Shown: one piece after another, positions 54,914 to 64,000 of the stretch
Layout of the letters: each line of letters starts with the position of its first letter
Numbering within the stretch: the first letter of the stretch is position 1
Assembly: GCA_044892525.1 (NCBI GenBank)
Contig: CM097885.1
Coordinates: 45,510,001 to 45,574,000 of the forward strand
Length of the DNA: 64,000 bases
Reading direction: 5' to 3'
Origin: Schmidtea polychroa
Taxonomy: Eukaryota
Notes under the pieces: generated by a model
The model's input: the letters and a program-made list of their open reading frames with translations, nothing else
Told to the model about the DNA's origin: nothing
The model's database searches: none
Translations under genes and position numbers: made by a program

Positions 54914-57900
54914 AGTAGATAGTTATGTGCACTCCAGATCCATGTGCACTCCCGATACAGATACCACCTACTTTTTTTTAAAATTTTTAAAAAAGACCGC
55001 CCCCCAATATTTTTAAAAGACCCCACCCCCTACTTTTTTTTAATTCTAAATTTTGTTTTGATTAGTGATTATGTAATAATTTTTGTTTTAATTATCGATT
55101 ATGTCATGTTTCAATTTGTAATAATATTTTTTGGTTTAATTGTTGATTACATCATAATTTAAATTTATTTAAAACGTTGATTACGCCATAAATTTTAATT
55201 TTTTATAAGAAATGTTTATGTCAATATACTTGAAATTTAATTCTCTATTAAATGAGACGTAATCAAAATTCTGAAATTTCATTTTTAGTGCACCATTTTT
55301 GAATTTACACATCTTTTTAAAACAAATATACATCTTTCTCATTCATTCATTCGTCTTTATTGAAATATTTACAAACCAGCATGTTTTAGTTACAAAAATA
55401 GTTATCAATAAATCGAGTAAGGGTAGAAATTATTTAGAATCAATAAGTAACACACAGACCTTAGTGTAATAAATGCTAATACATATTACAATAAACCTAC
55501 TCACATGCGTATAGATATATTAAAAACGCACATATTAGCATTATTATTCAATACATACAAGTCATAGAGGTCAATCACATACCAACCAACCAAAGTCATG
55601 CATTGATATAGAACAGGGGTGGCCAACCTTTTTGGTAAAAGGGCCATTACAATATTTTTGAATAATGCGGCGGGCCGCAGGTTTGAAAGGCGTAAATTTT
55701 TAACTAATGCTTCTGTGCTAATTCCAACTAAGGAACAGGAGAAGCGCAGTAATAGCCCGTAGTGGGGTCTGAGACAACCGCTAAAAAACAATAAAGCATT
55801 TGCGTGCATGTTAAATAAATTATGCTTCTTAGGTACAGGATAAACTGGCACTATTTAAACTTGATAGCCCTGATTATAAAGCATAATGAATCGGGCAAAT
55901 TTTCAAAATGTAGCATACAAAACTAATTGGTTAAAATAGATAAAAATATGAAATAAACAATAAATTTTGTTCAATATTTACCGGCGGCCCATTATTACAT
56001 TTTTTACTACAGTTCGTAAAGCTACCAACTGAAAAAAAGAAAAGAAAGAGATATTTAAAACTTTACATTTCGCTACTTCATAACTTGCTCTAACAGCCGT
56101 TGCTGATTGTTTTGCATATTTATTTAAAAGGTTCTGCTGCTTGGCCAGGCTTGTCTTCAGAAACTCAATCTTTTCTTGTCTGATTTTGCCTTCAAATTTT
56201 GAATAAATTTGCTTGTGACGAGTTTCATAATGACGTTTCAGATTATAATCTTTCATGATTGCAATTATGTCGCTACAAACCAAACATAAAGCACTACCAG
56301 AGTGTTCCACGAAAAAATACTCCAGTTCCCATCTCTCCTGGAAAGTTCTACCTTCAGCATCAATTGTTCGGAATCTTTTCCTTTCGTTAATTGTCATTAT
56401 TTAATTTAATTATTCTATATTTAATATTTTACCACGCTTGTTAACTATTAATTCGAAATGTTTTAAATTTTAAAATACACTGTATATGAAATAAACAAAG
56501 TTTGCACGATTATTAATTATCTTGAAGCAATATGATATATGCACCGTAAATTGACGATCAACAAAAGTAACACAGTTATTAAATTATGCAATTTACCTTT
56601 TTAATTTATTGGTTAGGTTTCGTTTTTTTGATAAAAATTTTTATAGTTTGTATTGTAATTATTAACTATATATTCTTTGTGTTGCATTTATTACATTTTT
56701 TGTATTATATCGTATTTTAAAAAGTTTTTATTATATTTTCAAAATATTAAAGCATGCACGCAAACGGCCCGCTGGCCGCCGGTTGGCCACTCCTGATATA
56801 GAATCTTTATTGCATATGAGTAATATCAAAACTGTAGAATTCATTACATCATTAAATAATCTTCTATTACAGTATTTTAAACTATATTCAATCACTAATT
56901 ATTGTAACATAATAAATTATTTCAGTTAATGGTTACAAAATTAATAAAAATATTACAATAAATCAAACAACATAACGAAATCTTTCAATAAATTACAAAA
57001 ATGTTATAAAGTATTCATTAAGTTGCAATAAAGTGGGAAATTATTTCGGTGAATGGTAGCAATTTAATAAATTATTTACCCTAAATTACCACAAAATTAT
57101 GAAACCTTTCATTAAATTACAACAAAGTATTAACATTTTTCATCAAATTGCAACAAAGTAATAACATATTTTGGAAAAATTTTAACAGTTGTAAAATATT
57201 TAAGCAAATTGATAAAAGATTATAAAAATATTGCAGCAAAGTAATAACATACCGATGACTAGTTAACTATATGTGTTAGCACTGTACGCAAAACTGTTCA
57301 TATTTTTATTATAGTGTTTTTTATTTGGGGTATGTGAGATTTTATACCAGGGTAATAAATATTTATATCAATTCGAATTTCTGTTTGTCACAGTAAATAT
57401 TATTAAATAAAATTTCTCTCGGTTTTATGAACTTAAAAATAAATTATTATTGAAAACAATAAATCTTATTGGCAAATATATTATTTTTAAAGATTTTTCA
57501 TTTCTGAACTATGTTTCTTAATATTCTATAAATTGATAATATGTTAATGCGCTACTAAAACCTACTAATTTCTACAACTAATTCATAATTAATTCGAATA
57601 ACATGTTAATTTAGAATTCTTAAATTTAATAAAAATTATGATTTTTATAGCATAAATATTATTTTAAAAAACATAATTTAAAAACTTTGTAAGTTTAATT
57701 TTAATCTATTTTAAAAAATTAAGATTTCTAGTTATAATAAATGCAGTTTTTATAATTTTTGAAAATAATGAGTGGTAAATGAGAATAATTGTCAACTCAA
57801 ACAATATATAGATAGAATTTAAAACTCTACAAAATGACATCATTATTTATTCACAATCAAAACACCTAAACCAATGCCTTTTTCAGCCAACTTTTATATG

Positions 57901-58145
57901 CACAATTAAAAAATATAAATTAATAATTTATACTTAAGAAAACCTATTCTCATATTAAAAACTAAACATTGATTAAAATCCTGAGATTTCAATCGTTATC
58001 TCTATCTATAGGTGATATGACATAACCTGTGACGATCGTCTGTGCCTCTCCCAAGTGGGGTCAGAAGACTTAAATTCGTCAACAATTAAGGGTAAAACTT
58101 TAAAGAATTAAATGTCAATTTTGAGTAAATATAAAATGAGCTTAA

Positions 58146-58202
<57 letters not shown>

Positions 58203-58805
58203 CACTGAAAATATGCGTTTTATTAGGGTTAGTAAATAATTTTAAAATAAAACTTATCACATGTAAAATTTTAAACCCTCATACTATTTTTATAAATATT
58301 AATAATTATTTAAACATTAAAAATCAAGAAAACAGAGGACAAGGCAAAGTTTATGAATTTAGTATTGCCAGACCTATTGAGCAGTGACCAAATATCTGTG
58401 ACTGAAAGACACGGTGGATATTTGTTCGCGTCCACAAGGGTCGTCTGTGCCTCCCCAAGTGGGGTTAGAAGAACCTGGGCATTATAGTTCTCCGTACGGA
58501 ACATTACGCCTAGCATGTCAGGGTTGTCAACTACCAGCACATTCGAAGCGTATTAAAAATATATTACAAATGTGCGAGCATGACAATGCGTCATTGGCAC
58601 TATAACCAAAATAATTAATGTTTTCACTAACTAGTTGAATTACAAACGCCCACCACGACGATCAGCTTGTAACTATATATTAATTAAGGGATAAAGAGGG
58701 CCCCCCAACCCTATTATATTTAATTTACAAAATAATGTTTTAAAGGCCTTCTCCGTCAGTTTTCTCATTATTCTGGATTTTCTCTGGAATTTGTCGGTAA
58801 TCTAG

Positions 58806-58886
<81 letters not shown>

Positions 58887-59757
58887 TTATTATTTATTAG
58901 CATTATTATCATTATTATTATTTTTAAGATTTTATTCTGAGAACAAATTCTAATAATATCAAGAAATTTGTATTTATTTTTTCATTTTAATTTTTATTAT
59001 ATTGGCGAAGTCCTAAACAAAGAAATCTATTCAACATTGAACCATCTAATAAAACAGAATATGAGCATCCTCTAAATTAATTAATAAAATTTTTTTTTTA
59101 GAATAAAGAAATAAACCTAGTTCTTTCCGAATTTTATTTATATATCCACAGGTAATGACAGTAAGTTGGATTCATCTATAAATTTATATCACATTATTTA
59201 TTATTTTAAGTTAAATTGACTGAGATAAAGTTTCGCAAACAATAAACTATAGTTCTCTGGATAGAAACGAAAGAATTTTCAAAAAAGCCACTAAAATTTT
59301 ATCACAAATAATATTGAATAAATAATTTTGAAATTCTGTCCTAAAATAGAGTTATAAAATTATTTTATATACAAATTAACATTACTTTGAATTTAAAAAA
59401 TAAACTATAAAATTTGCTTTTATATTTAAGTAAATAACATTAATTAAATTAAATTTATATCAATTCATTAATTCACTAACAACTAGTTACCGTTTACTTA
59501 GTACGAGATATCAAAAACATCAACAACCGGATACCTACAACTAGATATCAACAACCTGTTACAAATGGCTACCAAGTACTAACAACTATCTACCAACAAC
59601 CAGATACTAACAACCAAGCACTTACAACTAGATACTAACAATTGGACAATAACAACTAGATACCGTTTACTTAGTAAAAAAAATATGGGTGTCTTTTTTA
59701 AAAATTAAGAAAAAATAGGGGGGGTATCTGGATCTGGAGTGCACATAACTATCTACT
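54914..59757. mobile_element. Third Polinton-type non-autonomous element (~4.8 kb including a nested hAT)
   Basis: TIR AGTAGATAGTTATGTGCACTCCAGATCCA (54914-54942) with a perfect reverse complement at 59729-59757. Perfect 6-bp TSD TCCCAT (54908-54913, 59758-59763). Confidence 0.85.
55614..56795 (-). mobile_element. Deleted hAT (SPIN/Charlie-like) transposon
   Basis: TIRs CAGGGGTGGCCAACC / GGTTGGCCACTCCTG. Perfect 8-bp TSD ATATAGAA. ORF 55978-56397 encodes the N-terminal zinc finger (FQERWELEYFF...CLVC...NLKRHYETRH). Confidence 0.92.
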
Positions 59758-60831
59758 TCCCATAGTTCAAAATCGTTTAGCGGTAAAACCATTGGTTTCA
59801 TTTCCAAACAAAACATGCGTGGATTCACTAGAAAGGTTGCAAAAAGAGTTCCAATATAGTTTTAAATAGCTTCGTCTCCGTGAACATGACATTAAGCTTT
59901 TCCGTAACCCATTTTCTATTGACATTGAAAATTTAGATACAATTGTGACTCTCTGAAAGACGCGTTTAGTTCCAGCAACCTTCCTAATTTCTATGCATAT
60001 CTCCCCGTCGAGACACATCCCAATCTCAGGAACCATGCACTCAAAATGGTAACAATCTTCAGCAGCACTTGTATTTGTGAACATACTTTTTAAATGCTGA
60101 AACATTTCAAATCTCCATCCAGATTTAGACTACTGATACACACTTTCATCACTTGTTATGACTAGCAGCGAGAAATGTGGAACCGTACATTGACCATCTT
60201 AATAGCCAAAAACAGACATATAGTTCCCATTGAAATATTTGTAAAACAACAATATTCTTATCTCGACAGCTTGCCAGTGATACTGTAATTGCCGAAAGAA
60301 GGCGGTTGAGCAAAAAAGGAAAAAGGGAAACTATCTTGACAGCCGTCAGAGATAAAAATGGAACAGTCGGGGAATGCAGGAGAAAGAAAGTGGAAAAACA
60401 CTTGATCATCTTTAGTGCCACAATATAAGCAAACTATATAAAGAAAAACTAGCAGAGACAAAATTTGACAAAATCGAGACAAAAGGTGGCGCGAAATTGA
60501 GACGGTCCGAGAGACAATTTGCGAGACAAAATTATTAGAGAAAAATTAGACAACATCGAACGAAACGTTATTGGAGAAACGATTTGTGGAATAGAATTGT
60601 AAAGAAAATAATTGTGAAGAATAATTATTGGGGAAGATTTGAAGAAAAGATTTAGTTGAAAATTAAACGAAAAAGGTTACTTGAGTATTTGAATAAATTT
60701 GTGAAAAAGGTCAAAGAAAACAACCAGCTCAAAGACCCAGTTGATAAACCAATCCCTAATTTGTGATCTTTTAATCCGGTGTTATACGCAAGTGCTATTC
60801 CTCATTGAATGTTGTAATAAGCATTGTATAG

Positions 60832-63657
60832 TAGGGTGGAGTGAAAATTTTTTTTTCTTAATATCTTGTTTGGATAGCTATAAAAACTTGGTAACACATG
60901 CAATTAGTAATGTGGCAAACAATTAGACAATTTAAAGCATATCTTGAGGTTCCACAATTGACCTAAAGTATAGGCATATTTCGATAAAAAAGCAATAATC
61001 TTTAAAAAAAACATTTTTTTATAAGTAACATATTTATGTTATGGTTTAAATTTTTAACAGTCTGTACATAACATTACAAGTAATAAGAACCATATCTGTG
61101 AAGGGAAACCACATGCAAACTGTCTAACATGTTTTTATAACTACAAATGATGTTGGGCTTTGGTGTCCAGTTTTGGCATTTTCAATCTCGATTCCAAGCG
61201 TGCTCTAATGAATCCGTCGCGTTTTTCTGGACCACACACCATTTCGGATGCTTCTGTCACTAGCTTGATATGTCTCTCTACTGCCTGGGTGTGACAAGGA
61301 TAGCGGGCGAAATCCAGTCTTGACGTTTCTTCTTCCCGGATCATGGTTAACAAAGTATCTTCGTCAATGTCCACTACGATTGGAGGCTCTGTGATCGGAG
61401 TTTTCTGCCAATCGATCATGTCTATGTAGCTAGTAGCTTCAAAGTTGATTACTGGCACGCAGAAAGATCTAACTGAAGTCGTACGTTTCTGCTTTCTGGA
61501 TTTCAGTATGCGTCGCAGAGCTAACTCGCGTATATCTGATCTTTCATCGGTAAGCATCGCAAGCAACAGATTTTCTGGATGACTAAAGAATGCGTTGCGT
61601 TGAATTACCGGGTCAACAACTTTCTTCAGCTCGTCTGTGAGGTAGCGTGATTTCAGTATCGTACTGTGGACATGTCTAGCGCCGTCTTTACACGAAGGGG
61701 TATTCTTTATTTCAAACCATGCAGGTGCATAAACTGTTACGATGAAGGTAGCAAGCGTCTTTAGTTCATCCGACGGGCTTCTTGTGGCAACATACAGACG
61801 TAGTATGCGATTAGCCGTGGTTAACCATCTCGAATGGTTGGTAAGACCAGGATTGCGAAGTGAATGGTCGACAGGACAAATACCAACACTTACAGCAGTA
61901 CACAAATCGAACAGGTATTTCTGATCTGTACTTAAATCGTCGGAATTTGCACTTGACGGTAGAACACAGTTTATCGGCATGTAGTCAACGATGGGAAGCT
62001 TCTCACAATTCAACAATGACTTTCCAATGGGACCAGAAAATCCTTTTGGACCATTGGTAGGTCCATCGAGATACTGAAACAAATGTCTTAACGGTAATTC
62101 GTTTGCATGCAACTGACATACGAACCACTGTAGCGGTCTGTGTAACGTCACTTCAAGTAATCGAATGATGCCTCCTCGAATGCCCGTATTAGTGGCTGTC
62201 CCATCACAACCTATTGCCTTTATGCCACTCGTGTCAACATTTCTTTTATTCAAATATGCAATCAACTCAGCCGTGATAACTTTGCTTGACCCTGCAGTTG
62301 GTGTAATGTGACCGAAATATGTAGCTCCTGGTTCGGCTATAATCGATATATGTTCTTCAGTTATTATTTTCCGATGAAATTTACCATCGCATTCTTTAAT
62401 TTGGGTCATTGTATTGTCTTTTCTGCCCTCAAAATATAACCCAGTGATTGTGTTACTGACTTCGGCACATAATGCGCCACGCTTATTACAACGTTCTCGA
62501 CGCACTTTACTTCTGTCAATCACTTTAGAAACATCATGTTCGTGGATTATTCCAACATCTTGAAGAACAGCACTGGCGATTCCTGCTGCTGCCCTGTCGG
62601 ATACGCCATGTCGATCACACGCTAAAGCCAACGACGGTAGCTTAACTCTCATCTGCTTGTCATTCAATTTTCGCTGTTGTTTAATTTGGCTTATACAATC
62701 GTCATCAGAGTCATCATCGCCGGTATCAATTTCCTCTTCCATTCCAGAAATCTCGTCACAGACATCCGACTGTTTATCACCGATGTCATCAATGGCAGAT
62801 TTGGTACACATCTGCCTCTGTGTCGACTCTTTACGGATATACCGCTTTTGTAATATACTGGATTCAAACTCATCAACTCCAGCTATGATCATACAGCGTG
62901 AACCCCGCTGATCTTCTAGAAAGTCACGTTCAATTGTGGGTATCTTTCTTGACTTCTCACAGTGACACTGAGACATACAAGAGCATTTGCAGGAGCAAAT
63001 GTCAAAGAGTTTAATCGATTCATCTTTAAACTGCGATATTTTCTCTCTGTATGGTTCTGAGTCCTTCCTAGATTTATACGGCTTCAGCAATTTCATGAAC
63101 GTCTTGTGGTACACGTTCAACATGTGGTATGGAAGCTTTGTCCCATATTTGTTCTACTTTCATTGACACTGTTTCTGCCACGTTGCGATGTGAAGGATCT
63201 TTATTGTTCAATTCGCATTTCAGTCTCTGCTTTGTCAGGTTGTAGAATTTCATAACATCTGCATAAGTCGGTTGTTGATTGTCGGGCATCTCGGATGGAC
63301 CACCAAAGATGACACAAGACACTTTCTTTCTGGTTACAGCCATTGCAACTCTAAAAAGGAAAACCAGAGGCATTTAAAATCCATAGTGTATGGGTGGCAA
63401 ATATTTTGCTATTAAAAGTAATGAAAATATTATTTAAATGCCATCAATGACTTCAATAATATGTCAATAATAGCAAATACATTATCGTTTTCTTATCAAT
63501 GGTTACATTTTAAAGTTGGTTGTGGAACCTCAAGACATTATTTAAATTATTGTTTTTCTTTACAGAGTACTTCATTGGACCTCATAGCAAGTTTTTATAA
63601 CTATCCAAAGTCTACTAAGTCAAAAAATTTTTTTTCGGTCATTTTCACTCCACCCTA
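60832..63657 (-). mobile_element. hATm-like DNA transposon, near full length
   Basis: TIRs TAGGGTGGAGTGAAAA / TTTTCACTCCACCCTA. Perfect 8-bp TSD TTGTATAG (60824-60831, 63658-63665). Confidence 0.92.
61141..63343 (-). pseudogene. hATm-type transposase, one frameshift near 63100
   Basis: Motifs YFEGRKD (usually YFDGRKD), GCDGTATNTG, CQLHANELPLRHL, HSRWLT and CHTQAVER. The N-terminus is in the separate ORF 63074-63373. Confidence 0.85.
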
Positions 63658-64000
63658 TTGTATAGTCACCAAGCAGAGTGTTGAATTGATTGTTAGTGTA
63701 AATTGAAAGTTTATTTGTGATTATCAATAAAGATTTCTGTTATCAAGTGTTATTTGTGAATCGTATAAAGACACGTTTGGAGTCAGAGTAACTTTTAAAT
63801 TTATCACCAACCCAATAACCCAACATATTTTGGTGAGCCCGACGTGATCAAATGTTGGTGAAAAGATTGTTGAAACGAAAATGTGAGTATAAAGTGTGAT
63901 AAATTGAAATTATTATAGTGATTTTGAAAAGGTAAATTAATTATTGTAATAATAATTTGAGATTTAAATTTTGTGAATTTGAGAAAATAATTTATTAAAG

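Larger units (their letters stand above)
54491..59950 (+). mobile_element. hAT (Charlie/SPIN, GTF2IRD2-like) relic interrupted by the third Polinton-type element
   Basis: Left end CAGGGATCCTCAAACTACGGCC at 54491. Transposase-like remnants occur on both sides of the insertion (LAFLTDVT...FNVQIQG at ~54745-54830; LFRNPFSID at ~59895-59925). The right end was not found. Confidence 0.6.
60240..63848 (+). mobile_element. 5' LTR (interrupted by a hATm-like element) and tRNA-Trp-like PBS of an LTR retrotransposon running off the window
   Basis: Homologous to the solo LTR at 4290-5213. Ends CCCAACA at 63825. TGGTGAGCCCGACGTGAT at 63831-63848 matches the usual tRNA-Trp PBS with one mismatch. The left boundary is approximate. 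Confidence 0.7.

Overview
This is AT-rich eukaryotic (animal) DNA with short GT-AG introns and (TA)n/(AAT)n tracts. A flatworm-like invertebrate is plausible, but that is a guess. There are three host genes: an intronless tetraspanin (644-1384, -), a multi-exon ERLEC1/XTP3-B lectin (26898-41450, -) and a three-exon Rab8/10-family GTPase (43518-49615, +). Most of the rest is mobile DNA. The highlight is a Polinton/Maverick-type endogenous virus at 6589-20334, with AGTAG...CTACT termini, long TIRs and a 6-bp AACAAT TSD. It carries a truncated protein-primed PolB and a packaging ATPase. It also carries an accessory set the ORF track only partly shows: an intact divergent TATA-binding-protein homolog and an intact two-exon Bcl-2-family gene with BH1, BH2 and a hydrophobic tail. 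A second AGTAG-ended, 6-bp-TSD element without core genes is nested inside it (12754-18639). A third (54914-59757) has different TIRs but shares an internal gene module with the nested one, suggesting non-autonomous Polinton satellites. Also present are a young Ty3/gypsy element in an ERLEC1 intron, Zator-like, pogo-like, hATm-like and other hAT elements, two related LTRs and a second decayed PolB. All family calls come from motif recognition by eye; no searches were run.
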